Assembly (NCBI GenBank): GCA_016865865.1
Contig: VGOC01000001.1
Span: 513 to 64,512 of the forward strand
Reading direction: 5' to 3'
Origin: Chloroflexota bacterium
Lineage (GTDB): Bacteria > Chloroflexota > Anaerolineae > Anaerolineales > UBA11858
DNA length: 64,000 bases
Part shown: one piece after another, positions 52,825-64,000 of the stretch
How the letters are laid out: the number at the start of each line of letters is the position of its first letter
How positions within the stretch are numbered: position 1 is the stretch's first letter
Notes under the pieces: generated by a model
What the model saw: only the letters and a program-made list of their open reading frames with translations
Told to the model about the DNA's origin: nothing
The model's database searches: none
Made by a program: the position numbers and the translations under genes

Positions 52825-53559
52825 ATGACTCCTTTTCTTGCGAAACAACCCGAGAAGAAGCCAGGACGATACAACCACCAGGCCTGGGCGCCGATGCGCC
52901 GATTTTTGCGATTTTTGCTGAAAACGATTGGATTCACGCTATTGGTTCGCCTGGATCGCGTCGAGGGGCTCGAGAATATCCCCAAAGAAGGCCCGGTGAT
53001 ATTTTTCATCAACCACATCGCCTTCGTAGACCCGATCGTTGTCTTATTCGTCTTGCCCAGAGATGTTGTGCCTCTGGCGAAAATAGAGGTCTATGATTAT
53101 CCATTCGTGGGTATCTTTCCACGCTTGTGGGGGGTGATCCCCGTCAAGCGCGAGGAGTTCGACCGCATGGCCATACGCAAAGCCCTGGAAGTTTTGAGGG
53201 CAGGCGAGTGTTTGCTGGTAGCCCCAGAGGGTACCCGTGGCGATGCTTTGCAGCAGGGCAGGGATGGCGCTGCTTATCTGGCCTCCCGCGCCGGGGCTTC
53301 GATCGTCCCTGTGGCTATCGAAGGCACTGTTGGATTTCCGGTATTCCGAAATCATAGGCGCTGGCGGCAGGCCGGCGCTCATATCCGTTTTGGTAAGCCA
53401 TTTCGTTTCAGAGCTGAATATCACAAGGCTAAGGGTGAATCGCTGCGCGAAATGACGAATGAGGCGATGTATGTGCTGGCAAAGGCTCTCCCCGAGCATC
53501 GCAGAGGTGAGTATGCCAACCTGGAAGAAGGGACTCAAGATACTATCGAATGGCTTTGA
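52825..53559 (+). CDS. Lysophospholipid (1-acyl-sn-glycerol-3-phosphate) acyltransferase family protein
   Basis: 'FFINHIAFVDPIV' (HX4D), 'LVAPEGTRG', 'IVPVAIEG'. Confidence 0.8.
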   Translation: MTPFLAKQPEKKPGRYNHQAWAPMRRFLRFLLKTIGFTLLVRLDRVEGLENIPKEGPVIFFINHIAFVDPIVVLFVLPRDVVPLAKIEVYDYPFVGIFPRLWGVIPVKREEFDRMAIRKALEVLRAGECLLVAPEGTRGDALQQGRDGAAYLASRAGASIVPVAIEGTVGFPVFRNHRRWRQAGAHIRFGKPFRFRAEYHKAKGESLREMTNEAMYVLAKALPEHRRGEYANLEEGTQDTIEWL

Positions 53560-53606
53560 GAAGTGCTATAATAATCTTTTAGGATTACCGTGGTACTAGC
53601 AATCTC

Positions 53607-56600
53607 ATGCCTTTGATCTTCGCGCTATTCCAGGAAACACCGTTTTTTATCTTTCCAGACGATTGGGGTGGATGGTCAGGTCTTGTCGCCTGGCTTGTTG
53701 TCATTGGGTATTCGGTCTATCATTGGCGGGGGTATGGAAAAGCGTGGGGGGTGAATCAATGGACCTTGTTCATCGCCTTATTAGTCGTCACTCCGTTGAC
53801 TTGTATCTTCGTTGGCGTGAGACTGTCTCTTTCGGAGGCGGTCTCTCTGCCAGCTGTTACTCTTGATGCTGGCGGTCTGCCATTGATGATCTTCTCGGCT
53901 CTTCCCTGGGTATTGGCGGCGGGATTCTTGGGGCCGTTATCGGCATCTATGCTGGCGTTTTTGACCGGGTTGTTGATTGGGTTGTGGGGGACCCACACGC
54001 TGTTTACCTCGCTTGAGTTAGCCACTCTGGCTGTCCTGATCTCAGCAGCCAGCCAGCAGCGATACCGCACAAGCTGGTTCAAGGCGCTGCGTCATCCCTC
54101 CTTCGCGGTGATCGTCGTCACTCTGATCTACCCCTTTCTGCTTATCGGCAGCTCGATTTTGTGGGTAGATGGGCCGTTAGCAGGAAAACTGGATTATGCG
54201 ATATCATTAGCAGGACCCATGACCCTGGCAATCGTAGGGCCTATTATCGTGGCCGGGTTATTGGCAGAGATTATTCGATTTGCATTTCCAAAACAATGGG
54301 GGGGACAGCCCCCATGGTCTCCTTCTCCTGCTGAAAGCAGCTTAGAAGCGCGCTTCTCTTATTCCTTGAGCCTGGCGATGATCCTTCTGCTTGCTTTGTT
54401 CGTTGCCGGGGATTGGGTGATAGCAGGCAACGCAGCCCAAAAAATGCTGGAAGATCGTTTGAGCGCAGCTACCGAAGTCGTTTCTGATGGAATACCTTAT
54501 TTCCTCGACACAGGTCAAAACCAGATTTTACAGATTGCCGCGCAATTAAACCTTGCTGCCGATTCATCCTCTCAGCTTCAAAAAGCGCTTTCTGAGAGTT
54601 ACCGTTCGGCGCCATTCTTCAATCAGTTGTACATCATCGATTCTCAGGCCAACCAAATCGCCGCCTACCCCTCCGCAAGTTTCGAGGATAGATATTCGTC
54701 GCTCGAAGAACAAGTTGGTATCATGATGGCTCTGGAGGAAGGCGTGCCTGTTCAAGTGTATGCCATCCCCTCCCTTGGTGGATCGTATTCGGCTCAAATT
54801 TCATTTTTAGCTGCGGTTTTCGATGAAGCGGAGCAGGTGGATGGCGTGCTCATCGGTAGGACGGATTTTGCAAGCAATCCATACACGCAATCTGTCTTGA
54901 CGAATCTGAACAGTATTGCAGATATTGGGGGGGTGGGTTTATTGGTTGATGAAGATGGGGAGATTCTCTATCATTCTGAATCTGAATGGGCTTTTTCGGA
55001 ATACTCTGCCCCCATTGGGGGGGATGCGGTGTTTACTGATGGATCAGCCCCCGATGGGACGCGGCTGTTGGTCTATACGCGGCCAACAGAGGGGCGACCC
55101 TGGGGAACAGTCTTGATGGTTCCGGCCAGGCAGGCTCAACAATTAGCGCTCAACATAGCCGCTCCGCTCCTGATCTTGATATTATTATTGATTGGATCAT
55201 CGGCTGTGATGATACGGTTGAGTCTGAGAGGAATCACGTCATCTATCAAATCCTTGACTGGAGAAGCGGAGCGCATATCTCAAGGTCAACTCGATCATGT
55301 GCTTAGTAAGGGGAGTGTTGATGAGGCCGGAAGATTGCGAAATGCCTTCGAGAAAATGCGCCTCAGCCTGAAAGCCCGTTTGGACGAGCTGAACCGTTTG
55401 TTGGTCGTCAGCCAGGGGGTGGCGGCGCACCTGGAGATAGCCGAGGCGTTCCAGCCCATCATCGAGTCTGCGTTGACGATCGGGGCGAATTCTGCGCGTA
55501 TCGTCCTCGCGCCAGACGTTTTTCCTGATAACGATCTCGATGGGGAGATGCCTTCTTGTTATGGCGTTGGGGAATACGCGCGGGATTTTGCATACTTCGA
55601 TTCTCAACTTCTGACCCTGATGAAAGAACAGGGCGGGGACAGAATTGTCCTGACCAATCCAGCGCGCACTCCTCTGTTGAGTTTTGGGCCGGGCGCGCCG
55701 CGTTTGGGCAGCCTGGCGGCGGTAGCGCTCTATCATGAACGGACATACTACGGCGTCCTGTGGGTGGCTCATCATCTGCCGCGCGCTTTTTCGGATGAGG
55801 AAGTACAGTTCGTTACGACACTGGGCAGCCAGGCGGCTTTAGCAACGGCTAACGCACGTCTGTTTATGACGGCTGAATTCGAGCGCGAACGCCTGGCGGC
55901 TATCCTGGCTTCTACTCCTGACCCCGTTCTGGTCACAGACCAACGAGATCGCTTATTGTTGGTCAATGCCCAGGCCTGGCTGGCATTGGGATTGGGCCTC
56001 GAAGCCGGCATCGGCAAACCGGTCGAAGAGGTAATCACTCAAGCTGAACTCATCAACCTGTTACACATTTCCGATGAAGTCCATGAACCGGTGGAAGTGA
56101 AACTCCCCGATGAGCGCTTCTATATGGCTACTGCATCAACGATCACGATTGACGGTCGAAATATGGGCAGGGTATGTGTCCTCAAGGATGTGACTCAATT
56201 CAAAGAGCTTGATGACCTCAAATCGGAATTCGTCTCTACAGTGAGTCATGACTTGCGCTCGCCGCTGACTCTGATGCGGGGGTATGCCACGATGTTGGAG
56301 ATGGTCGGCCATCTCAATGAGCAGCAGGCCGAATATGTGCGCAAGATCGTCGTGGGAGTTGAGAGCATATCCCGTCTGGTCAACAACTTGCTAGACCTGG
56401 GTCGCATCGAGGCTGGCGTAGGGTTGCAATTGGAGATGTTGCCTGTGCGAGATATCGTCGAGTGGGTTGTCGAGTCATTCCAATTACAGGCCCAGCAAAA
56501 AAAGATCGCTCTGCGCGCCGATATCCCCGAGAATTTACCTCCGCTGATCGAGGCTGACCAGGCTTTGCTCCAGCAGGCGCTACACAATCTTGTGGAAAAT

Positions 56601-56903
56601 GCTGTCAAGTATACGCCGGAAGGGGGAAAGATTTGGGTTCGAGCAAAGCCGCGCCAGAGTACGCTTCTGTTCGTTGTCGAGGACACTGGTATTGGAATAG
56701 CGCCGGTGGATCAGCCGCATTTATTCCAAAAGTTCTATCGCAGCGCCGACCGAAAAGCCAAAAGAGAGCACGGCACGGGTTTAGGCCTGGCAATCGTAAA
56801 GTCAATCGTTGACCGACATAACGGAAATATCGGGCTTGATAGCCGGCTGGGAGCCGGGAGTACTTTCTATATCGAAATCCCACTCCGTCATAGCCCCCAA
56901 TAA
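53607..56903 (+). CDS. Multi-domain sensor histidine kinase (multi-TM, extracytoplasmic sensor, HAMP, GAF, PAS, HisKA, HATPase)
   Basis: H-box 'FVSTVSHDLRSPLTLMRGY', N-box 'LHNLVENAVKYT', 'DTGIGI', 'GTGLGLAIVKSIV'. About 240-aa multi-TM N-terminus. Confidence 0.85.
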   Translation: MPLIFALFQETPFFIFPDDWGGWSGLVAWLVVIGYSVYHWRGYGKAWGVNQWTLFIALLVVTPLTCIFVGVRLSLSEAVSLPAVTLDAGGLPLMIFSALPWVLAAGFLGPLSASMLAFLTGLLIGLWGTHTLFTSLELATLAVLISAASQQRYRTSWFKALRHPSFAVIVVTLIYPFLLIGSSILWVDGPLAGKLDYAISLAGPMTLAIVGPIIVAGLLAEIIRFAFPKQWGGQPPWSPSPAESSLEARFSYSLSLAMILLLALFVAGDWVIAGNAAQKMLEDRLSAATEVVSDGIPYFLDTGQNQILQIAAQLNLAADSSSQLQKALSESYRSAPFFNQLYIIDSQANQIAAYPSASFEDRYSSLEEQVGIMMALEEGVPVQVYAIPSLGGSYSAQISFLAAVFDEAEQVDGVLIGRTDFASNPYTQSVLTNLNSIADIGGVGLLVDEDGEILYHSESEWAFSEYSAPIGGDAVFTDGSAPDGTRLLVYTRPTEGRPWGTVLMVPARQAQQLALNIAAPLLILILLLIGSSAVMIRLSLRGITSSIKSLTGEAERISQGQLDHVLSKGSVDEAGRLRNAFEKMRLSLKARLDELNRLLVVSQGVAAHLEIAEAFQPIIESALTIGANSARIVLAPDVFPDNDLDGEMPSCYGVGEYARDFAYFDSQLLTLMKEQGGDRIVLTNPARTPLLSFGPGAPRLGSLAAVALYHERTYYGVLWVAHHLPRAFSDEEVQFVTTLGSQAALATANARLFMTAEFERERLAAILASTPDPVLVTDQRDRLLLVNAQAWLALGLGLEAGIGKPVEEVITQAELINLLHISDEVHEPVEVKLPDERFYMATASTITIDGRNMGRVCVLKDVTQFKELDDLKSEFVSTVSHDLRSPLTLMRGYATMLEMVGHLNEQQAEYVRKIVVGVESISRLVNNLLDLGRIEAGVGLQLEMLPVRDIVEWVVESFQLQAQQKKIALRADIPENLPPLIEADQALLQQALHNLVENAVKYTPEGGKIWVRAKPRQSTLLFVVEDTGIGIAPVDQPHLFQKFYRSADRKAKREHGTGLGLAIVKSIVDRHNGNIGLDSRLGAGSTFYIEIPLRHSPQ

Positions 56904-56941
56904 TTCGCTGAAATTGGTGCAAAAAACTCCAAATTTTCTCC

Positions 56942-56970
56942 TTGACTGGGTTTAGCCCGTCTTGTATAAT
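56942..56970 (+). promoter_or_regulatory. Near-consensus sigma70 promoter upstream of rpoC
   Basis: TTGACT (56942-56947), exact 17-nt spacer, TATAAT (56965-56970). AGGAGG at 57103 precedes the GTG start at 57116. Confidence 0.6.
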
Positions 56971-57115
56971 ACCCCCCGGATGCAGTACGAAAACGAAATA
57001 GAGAAATTTAGCGAGCGCTTGAGGTAAGAAAATCTCATGCGCTTGCTTTTGTTTGTCTTGCTCACAGTACATTTGTTCGATTTATTCTCTTCGATAACCC
57101 TCAGGAGGCTCACAA

Positions 57116-60100
57116 GTGGAAACAAAGGGGCTTAAATCCTTGCGAATTGCTTTAGCTTCGCCGGAGACGATTCGTGGTTGGTCTTATGGCGAGGTTCTAA
57201 AACCCGAGACCATCAATTACAGGCGATTGCGACCAGAAAAAGATGGTCTATTTTGTGAGGCTATTTTTGGCCCTCAACGCGATTGGCAATGCTATTGCGG
57301 GAAATACAAAAACGTCCGGTATAAAGGCATTGTATGTGATAAGTGCAATGTAGAAGTAACGAAATCGGCTGTGCGGCGTGAACGCATGGGGCATATCGAA
57401 TTAGCTGCTCCCGTTGCGCATATCTGGTACGCGCGTCGTCTTCCCTCACACCTGGGGTTGTTGCTCGATATCTCACGGCGTAATCTCGATCGCGTACTCT
57501 ACTTCGCGCAATATGTTGTCACATACGTAGACGATGATGCTCGCGAAAGGGCTTTGAAACGCCTGGAGGATGAGTATTCAGGCGGTGACAGCGATATCAA
57601 AGAGGAAACGAATACTGAGCTTGACAGCATCTTGTTTGAACGCGACGAGTTGCTGGAATCTCTGAAGAAAAAAGAAGAAGAGGTCAGGTCTGGTTATGAT
57701 GAGAAGACTGCTGCCGAGTTGGATCCGGTAATGAAAAAAGGCCAGCAGTTGGAAACGGAATTGCAGGAAAAGATGGGCAAGACCACGCGTCGCGCCATCC
57801 TCTTTCCAGGCACAGATATCGTTATCGTCAAGGCTGGCGACACTGTTAGCAACAAGCATTTGGGCAATGTTCAACAGGTGGTCAAGGAACGCCTCGAGGA
57901 GATCGAGACAGAACTCCAGGATCAACGTCAACGCGAGTTGGAACACGTAAAACTGGATATGGCCCGCGCGCGCGCAGAGACTGAGCAGAAGCTGATCGCC
58001 AGACGTGAAGAGCTGGAGGGCGAAATTGCAGCTTCTCGAGGCGAGTACCGTCGCCTGCGCGATGAGCTGATGGATTTACAGCCGCTGACATTTATGGGCG
58101 AACTACGTTACCGTGAGCTGAAATCTCGCTGGGGTCAGGTGTTCCAGGCGGATATGGGAGCTGAGGCTATCCTTGATATTCTGAAGCGCCTGGATCTGGA
58201 GGCTCTCGCCGAGGAACTTCGATATACCTTGCGAACCTCTGGCAGCAAGCAGAAACGCAGGCTGGCCACTCGACGTTTGAAAATCGTCGAGGCATTCCGA
58301 AAATCTGGCAATAAGCCGGAGTGGATGATCTTGACTGTTTTGCCTGTGATTCCTCCCGACTTACGCCCGATGGTGCAGTTGGATGGCGGCCGATTCGCCA
58401 CTTCGGATTTGAACGATCTCTACCGGAGGGTGATCAACCGGAATAATCGTCTCAAGCGTTTGCTCGAACTTGGCGCTCCTGATGTGATCGTGCGCAATGA
58501 GAAGCGCATGCTTCAGGAAGCGGTAGACTCGCTGGTTGATAACTCGCAGCGCGGAAAAGCTCGATCACGCCGGGGTCGCCGCGAGTTGAAGTCGCTCAGT
58601 GACATGCTCAAAGGTAAGAAAGGGCGATTCCGCCGCAATCTGTTGGGTAAGCGCGTCGATTATTCGGGCCGTTCGGTGATCGTCGCCGGCCCGAAATTGA
58701 AGATTCATCAGTGCGGCCTGCCAAAGACAATGGCTTTGGAACTCTATCGTCCCTTCGTGATTTCTCGATTGGTTACCAATGGATATGCTACCAATGTCAA
58801 GGGCGCAAAGCGCCTCATCGAGCGCGCCCGCCCTGAGGTCTGGGAAGCCCTGGAAGAAGCTATCCAGGAGCGCCCGGTGTTGTTGAACCGCGCCCCGACC
58901 CTGCATCGCTTAGGTATTCAAGCCTTCGAGCCTATGCTCATCGAAGGGAAGGCGATTCAACTCCACCCCCTGGTCTGCACCGCCTTCAATGCAGACTTCG
59001 ATGGCGACCAGATGGCGGTGCATGTTCCCTTGTCCAATAAGGCGGTCGTCGAGGCGCGTGAGCTGATGCTGTCTAGCAAGAATTTGCTCAAACCCGCCAG
59101 CGGCGAACCCATCGTCAGCCCCTCCAAGGATATGGTGCTGGGGGTGTACTATCTGACGAAGAAGGATGACCGGGAACACAAGGGTGACGGTCGCATCTTT
59201 TCGTCTTTCGATGAAGTCGAAATGGCTTACCAACTTGGCCAGGTAGAGATTCCGACAGAGATCAAACTATACACAGAAACCTGGTACGACGAGGACGGCA
59301 GTTGGCGGAAAGAACCGGAAACGCGCTTGATCGCTACCACAGTTGGCCGGGTGCTCTTCAACCGTGTGCTGCCCGAAAAGGTTCAATTCGTGAATCAAAC
59401 CCTGGAGAAGGGTGGAATCAAAGATTTGATCGCGGATGTCTATGAGGTTTGTGGTGAAGTAGAGACCGTGCGCACCGCAGATAGCGTCAAGGATATCGGC
59501 TTCAAATACGCTACTGTATCTGGTTTCACCATCGCAGTAGCGGATATTACCATCCCGCCGAATAAAGAGGAGATTATTTCGAACGCGCTACAAGAAGTAG
59601 AGAAAGTGCAACGCAACTACCGACGAGGTTTGTTGACCGATCAGGAACAAAATGAACGCGTCATCGAGATCTGGCAGAACACGACTTTGGTTGTTGGCGA
59701 TGCTGTGCGTGAGCATATGGATCCGAACGGGGATCTGGCTACCATGGCGGATTCTGGAGCTACCAAGGGTGGTTTCGGTCAGCTTTCGCAGTTGGCAGGT
59801 ATGCGCGGTTTGATGGCCGATCCCTCCGGGCGCATCATCCCTATGCCTATTCGTTCGAATTTCCGTGAGGGCCTGACCTCTCTGGAATACTTCCTCTCCT
59901 CCCATGGCGCTCGCAAAGGTCTGGCAGATACCGCTCTCCGTACGGCTGACGCCGGTTATCTGACTCGCCGCCTGGTGGATGTCGCGCAGGATATCATTAT
60001 CAATGCCGAAGATTGCGGCACGACAAATGGCATCGCCATCCGAAAATCTGATGACGTGGCTGGACAGTCGATGGGTAGCCGTTTGTACAGTCGGCTTGCT

Positions 60101-61420
60101 GCTGAACGAATTGTCGATGCGAAAACCGGTGAGGTCATTGTTGGCATCGGGGATTTGATCGACAGGGAAGAAACCCGCCGAATCACCAAAGCAGGAATCG
60201 AAGAAGTAAAAATATTCTCACCGATGACTTGCGAACTGGAATATGGCATCTGCGCGAAATGTTATGGGATGGACTTAGGCCGTGGACAGGTAGTTGATAT
60301 CGGCGCGGCAGTGGGGATCGTTGCTGCTCAGTCGATTGGCGAGCCGGGCACTCAATTGACCCTGCGAACCTTTCACACCGGCGGCGTCGCAGCCGGCACG
60401 GATATTACGACTGGTCTCCCGCGTGTCGAAGAGATCTTCGAAGCACGGAAGAACCCGAAAGGCGAGGCGGTTGTCAGCGAGATTGCTGGAGTCGTTCAAA
60501 TCGAGTTATCCGAGCGCTATGATGACTTGCGAATCGTGCATGTCGTTCATAGCGAGATGACCAGCAATTCGTATAAGATCACGCGGGGTTGGGAAGCTCA
60601 TGTGAAAGACGAGGACGAGGTCAAGCAAGGCGATGTCCTTATCGCCCATAAGAAGGACGAAGGGAAAACGATCGTCGCAGAACATGATGGCCGCGTTCGA
60701 ATCGAGGACGATCATGTGATTGTCTCACGTGAGATACGTGATGAAGAGCAATACGAAATCCCCAGCAACGCCCGCTTGATGGTGGAGAATGGCGAACATG
60801 TGGAGCCGGGTCAGCCTCTGACGGAAGGTTCCCTGAACACTCATGATCTCTTGCGGATTCAAGGTCGTGAGGCCACACAAATGTACTTGCTCTCTGAAGT
60901 ACAGAACGTGTATCGTTCTCAAGGTCAGAACATCCACGACAAACACTTCGAGGTGATCATCCGCAAGATGATGTCGCGAGTCGTCGTCAGCAATCCTGGC
61001 GACAGCGAATTCCTGCCTGGGGATATTGTCAATCGCCTCGAGTTGTTGAAAGTGAACGAAGCGCTGTTGGCGGAAGGAAAACGATCTGCCAAATATCGCG
61101 AGATTCTGTTAGGCATCACCAAGGCGTCTTTGAGCACAGATTCGTTCCTCTCGGCCGCCTCCTTCCAACACACCATCAAGGTACTTACACGTGCAGCCGC
61201 GGGTGGCAGTGAAGATCCGCTCTACGGCTTGAAGGAAAACGTAATCATCGGTAAGCTCATTCCGGCTGGCACAGGTTTCGTTGATGGGCCTTTCGCTCCC
61301 AGCAAGTCTCAGAGGGGGACATACGAAAACCTTCCGGTGGCCAGTATCATCGAAGAAGGTGTAGATGAAACCATCGACGAGGAAGATTACGAGGTAGATG
61401 ATGACTTCATCGATGATTAG
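57116..61420 (+). CDS. rpoC: DNA-directed RNA polymerase subunit beta' with large coiled-coil lineage-specific insertion
   Basis: Zn-binding '[23 protein letters not shown]', '[12 protein letters not shown]' catalytic motif, and the trigger-loop and bridge-helix regions. Confidence 0.98.
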   Translation: METKGLKSLRIALASPETIRGWSYGEVLKPETINYRRLRPEKDGLFCEAIFGPQRDWQCYCGKYKNVRYKGIVCDKCNVEVTKSAVRRERMGHIELAAPVAHIWYARRLPSHLGLLLDISRRNLDRVLYFAQYVVTYVDDDARERALKRLEDEYSGGDSDIKEETNTELDSILFERDELLESLKKKEEEVRSGYDEKTAAELDPVMKKGQQLETELQEKMGKTTRRAILFPGTDIVIVKAGDTVSNKHLGNVQQVVKERLEEIETELQDQRQRELEHVKLDMARARAETEQKLIARREELEGEIAASRGEYRRLRDELMDLQPLTFMGELRYRELKSRWGQVFQADMGAEAILDILKRLDLEALAEELRYTLRTSGSKQKRRLATRRLKIVEAFRKSGNKPEWMILTVLPVIPPDLRPMVQLDGGRFATSDLNDLYRRVINRNNRLKRLLELGAPDVIVRNEKRMLQEAVDSLVDNSQRGKARSRRGRRELKSLSDMLKGKKGRFRRNLLGKRVDYSGRSVIVAGPKLKIHQCGLPKTMALELYRPFVISRLVTNGYATNVKGAKRLIERARPEVWEALEEAIQERPVLLNRAPTLHRLGIQAFEPMLIEGKAIQLHPLVCTAFNADFDGDQMAVHVPLSNKAVVEARELMLSSKNLLKPASGEPIVSPSKDMVLGVYYLTKKDDREHKGDGRIFSSFDEVEMAYQLGQVEIPTEIKLYTETWYDEDGSWRKEPETRLIATTVGRVLFNRVLPEKVQFVNQTLEKGGIKDLIADVYEVCGEVETVRTADSVKDIGFKYATVSGFTIAVADITIPPNKEEIISNALQEVEKVQRNYRRGLLTDQEQNERVIEIWQNTTLVVGDAVREHMDPNGDLATMADSGATKGGFGQLSQLAGMRGLMADPSGRIIPMPIRSNFREGLTSLEYFLSSHGARKGLADTALRTADAGYLTRRLVDVAQDIIINAEDCGTTNGIAIRKSDDVAGQSMGSRLYSRLAAERIVDAKTGEVIVGIGDLIDREETRRITKAGIEEVKIFSPMTCELEYGICAKCYGMDLGRGQVVDIGAAVGIVAAQSIGEPGTQLTLRTFHTGGVAAGTDITTGLPRVEEIFEARKNPKGEAVVSEIAGVVQIELSERYDDLRIVHVVHSEMTSNSYKITRGWEAHVKDEDEVKQGDVLIAHKKDEGKTIVAEHDGRVRIEDDHVIVSREIRDEEQYEIPSNARLMVENGEHVEPGQPLTEGSLNTHDLLRIQGREATQMYLLSEVQNVYRSQGQNIHDKHFEVIIRKMMSRVVVSNPGDSEFLPGDIVNRLELLKVNEALLAEGKRSAKYREILLGITKASLSTDSFLSAASFQHTIKVLTRAAAGGSEDPLYGLKENVIIGKLIPAGTGFVDGPFAPSKSQRGTYENLPVASIIEEGVDETIDEEDYEVDDDFIDD

Positions 61421-61482
61421 GTGTATTCTGTAGGTCAGGTATACTTTGTGGGTCAGGTTGTCAACCTGACCGATGCCGCAGT

Positions 61483-61526
61483 AAATCCCCTCTCGCTGTT
61501 TCTCGAAGCGAGAGGGGATTTTTTTG
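61483..61526 (+). terminator. Rho-independent terminator of rpoC
   Basis: AAATCCCCTCTCGC-tgtttctcgaa-GCGAGAGGGGATTT followed by a T-run. Confidence 0.8.
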
Positions 61527-61621
61527 TTCATGTTATAATCGCCGCACTTCAGGTGGGGTGCATCTTGAATATGGAGATGCGCCCCATCTATACGCCAATA
61601 TGCTAGATTTTGGAGAATCCC

Positions 61622-64000
61622 ATGGAGATCGGTTTAATTCGCAAAATAGATATAGATGAAGAAATGCAGCAATCCTATCTGGATTATGCAATGAGCGTCA
61701 TCGTCTCACGCGCCTTGCCCGACGCCCGGGATGGGCTAAAACCGGTTCACCGCCGCATCCTTTACGCCATGCATGATATGGGCATTCGTCCCGACTCGCC
61801 TTATAAAAAGTCTGCCCGCATTGTCGGTGAAGTACTGGGGAAGTACCATCCGCATGGCGACATGGCGGTATACGATGCCATGGCGCGCATGGCGCAGGAC
61901 TTCTCTATGCGCTATCAACTCGTGGATGGTCAGGGCAACTTCGGCAGCATGGATGGGGATTCTCCCGCCGCTATGCGGTATACCGAGGCACGTATGGCTG
62001 CTCTTGCCTCCCACATGTTATCCGACATTGATAAAGCCACGGTTGATTTTTCGTCCAATTTCGATGACACCCTCTCTGAACCTGATGTGCTCCCGGCTGC
62101 CCTGCCGAATTTACTCATCAATGGCATCACGGGCATTGCGGTGGGGATGTCTACCAGCATCCCACCTCACAACCTGGGGGAGGTGATTGATGCTTTAGTG
62201 TACATGCTGGAAAACTGGAAAGACCTCGATGATATTTCCGTGGCCGATTTGATGAAATTCATCAAGGGGCCAGATTTCCCGACTGGCGGAATCGTGATTG
62301 ACCAGACCGAAGATGGGGGTCTGCAAAAGGCGTATGGCTCAGGGCGTGGTCTGATCATGGTGAGGGCGCGCGCTCATATCGAAGAGATGAGCCGGGGTAG
62401 AAATCGGATCGTGGTGACTGAAATCCCCTATATGGTCAATAAAGCCACCTTGCTGGAACGGATCGCCAGCCTGGCGCGAGAAGTAAAAATCGAAGGCATT
62501 GCCGACCTTCGGGACGAATCGGATCGTCAAGGCGTGCGCGTGGTGATCGAACTGACTAAAACCGCCGATCCCGAAAAGGTGCTGGATGATCTGTTCAAGT
62601 ACAGCTCCATGCGCACGACATTCAGTTTGATTATGCTGGCGCTCGTCGAGGGGGAGCCTCGTATGCTCAACTTGAAGCAGGCTCTGCGGGTCTATTTGAA
62701 TCATCGCCTGGAGATCATCAAACGGCGCAGCGAATTCGATCTGGAACGCGCCCGCAAGCGAGAACATATTCTATCTGGCCTGATGACCGCCCTGGCTAAT
62801 TTGGATGAAGTGATTGACATCATCCGGAAATCACGCCGCGTAGAGACGGCCAACCAAAACCTGCGACGCCGCTTCAAGCTCAGCGATGAGCAGGCCCAGG
62901 CGATATTGGATATGCCTCTACGGCGTCTGGCTGCCCTCGAGCGTCAAAAGATCGAGCAGGAACATAAAGACATCCAGGCAAAGATCAAGGCGCTGGTCGC
63001 TTTGCTGAAATCGCCAGTCAAGATACGCAATGTCATCTCCGATGAACTTCGGACGGTCAAAGAGGAATATGGCGACCCGCGCCGGACACAGATCATCTCA
63101 GTCGAGGGGGATAAGGAAGATATCCCAGTACGCCTAAGCAGCCTGACGCCGGAGCAGACAGTATGGGTCTCGCTAACCTCCGAGGGGTTGATCTCGCGCA
63201 CATCGAAGGACGACCGGCCGCGCGTCAGCGGCAGCGCCGCCCCGAAGCGCCTGATCCGGGTGAATACCCGCGATACTTTGTATCTTGTCGCCGATAACGG
63301 GCAAACAGCTTCGCTGCCTGTGCTGTCGATTCTCGAAACCGACAAACCTGCCGAGGGCGTGCCATTCCACAAAATGTCGTCTTTGACAGAAAACGACAAA
63401 GTCGCTGTGATCTTCGCTTTGCCTCCGAAAGATCAGTTAGAGGAAGGCTGGTATTTGCTTTCGATCACCCGCCAGGGGATGGTGAAGAAGACAGCCGCCG
63501 AAGAGTTGCCCGGCCCGGCAGCCACGCCGTTTACTCTGGCCAGGGTAAATGAGGGAGATCGTTTGGGCTGGATATGCCTGACGGACGGCAAAAAAGACAT
63601 CTTGTTAGTAGCCGCGAGCGGGATGGCCATCCGTTTTTCCGAAGAAGATGTGCGCCCGATGGGGTTGGTGGCCGCAGGGGTGATGGGCATCAAAATGGAT
63701 CAGGGGGATGAAGTCATCGGCGCCGAGTTGATTCCGCAACGCGGCGAGGTGTTCTTGCTGGCCTCCGACGGGCGAGCCAAGCGGGTGAAGCAGGAAGAAT
63801 TTCCAATCCAGGGGCGCTATGGAAAAGGCGTTATCGCCTGGAAACTACCCGCAGGCGTCAGCTTGATCGGCTGTGTCATTGGTGCGAAAACCAAACCAAT
63901 CACTTTGCGCCTGAAGAAGTATGCCCCCAAGATGGTCAACCTGGGTGATGCGCCCGTGCAAACCCGGGCAGCGGAGCGCGGTAAATCTGTTCAGGAGGTT
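61622..64000 (+). CDS. gyrA: DNA gyrase subunit A (3' end beyond window)
   Basis: Hand translation from the ATG at 61622: '[54 protein letters not shown]...[53 protein letters not shown]'. The frame is open to the last base, so it is missing from the supplied ORF track. Confidence 0.95.
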   Translation, partial: MEIGLIRKIDIDEEMQQSYLDYAMSVIVSRALPDARDGLKPVHRRILYAMHDMGIRPDSPYKKSARIVGEVLGKYHPHGDMAVYDAMARMAQDFSMRYQLVDGQGNFGSMDGDSPAAMRYTEARMAALASHMLSDIDKATVDFSSNFDDTLSEPDVLPAALPNLLINGITGIAVGMSTSIPPHNLGEVIDALVYMLENWKDLDDISVADLMKFIKGPDFPTGGIVIDQTEDGGLQKAYGSGRGLIMVRARAHIEEMSRGRNRIVVTEIPYMVNKATLLERIASLAREVKIEGIADLRDESDRQGVRVVIELTKTADPEKVLDDLFKYSSMRTTFSLIMLALVEGEPRMLNLKQALRVYLNHRLEIIKRRSEFDLERARKREHILSGLMTALANLDEVIDIIRKSRRVETANQNLRRRFKLSDEQAQAILDMPLRRLAALERQKIEQEHKDIQAKIKALVALLKSPVKIRNVISDELRTVKEEYGDPRRTQIISVEGDKEDIPVRLSSLTPEQTVWVSLTSEGLISRTSKDDRPRVSGSAAPKRLIRVNTRDTLYLVADNGQTASLPVLSILETDKPAEGVPFHKMSSLTENDKVAVIFALPPKDQLEEGWYLLSITRQGMVKKTAAEELPGPAATPFTLARVNEGDRLGWICLTDGKKDILLVAASGMAIRFSEEDVRPMGLVAAGVMGIKMDQGDEVIGAELIPQRGEVFLLASDGRAKRVKQEEFPIQGRYGKGVIAWKLPAGVSLIGCVIGAKTKPITLRLKKYAPKMVNLGDAPVQTRAAERGKSVQEV

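Noticed and set aside
53607-56903. Sensor kinase as part of a two-component operon or novel system with rpoC.
   Set aside because: No cognate response regulator is adjacent. A promoter and a 210-nt gap separate it from rpoC, so the adjacency appears incidental.

Overview
GC-rich bacterial chromosomal segment. The gene content suggests a Chloroflexota (Anaerolineae-like) genome; this is inference only. Supporting content: two DUF2298 / Chlor_Arch_YYY giant membrane proteins, mevalonate kinase plus isopentenyl phosphate kinase, a stand-alone rpoC, and dense heptamer and palindromic repeats.

Most of the window is housekeeping:
- surE, three tRNAs, ffh-rpsP-KH-rimM, dprA, a manC-like gene, topA and greA
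- a dynamin-like GTPase
- a STAS / anti-sigma kinase / PP2C partner-switching set
- lepA, cmk, two plsC-like genes, a large sensor kinase and rpoC
- an open-ended gyrA (61622 to the window end), which is absent from the supplied ORF track

An envelope-glycosylation cluster spans about 34.5-51.4 kb. It holds a flippase-like protein, an epimerase, a GT4, a methyltransferase, a GT39-like protein, two DUF2298 proteins and a further polytopic protein. A VapBC-like pair is inserted in it.

The clear accessory island lies at about 23.5-29.5 kb. It contains:
- an IS200-like Y1 (HUH) transposase embedded in an array of ~161-bp hairpin-rich tandem repeats (RAYT/REP-like)
- a NACHT STAND NTPase, then an FGE-sulfatase (C-type-lectin-fold) protein whose C-terminus has the scaffold typical of DGR variable regions
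- a reverse transcriptase carrying the DGR-diagnostic IGNLTSQ motif

That RT is dead: a 139-bp MITE with a TTA duplication interrupts it, and the YxDD region is deleted. I could not find a template repeat or an avd gene by eye. I therefore read the locus as a decaying, or trans-served, DGR-diversified NLR-like sensor.

The window also carries several families of small repeats, some inserted in frame inside genes.
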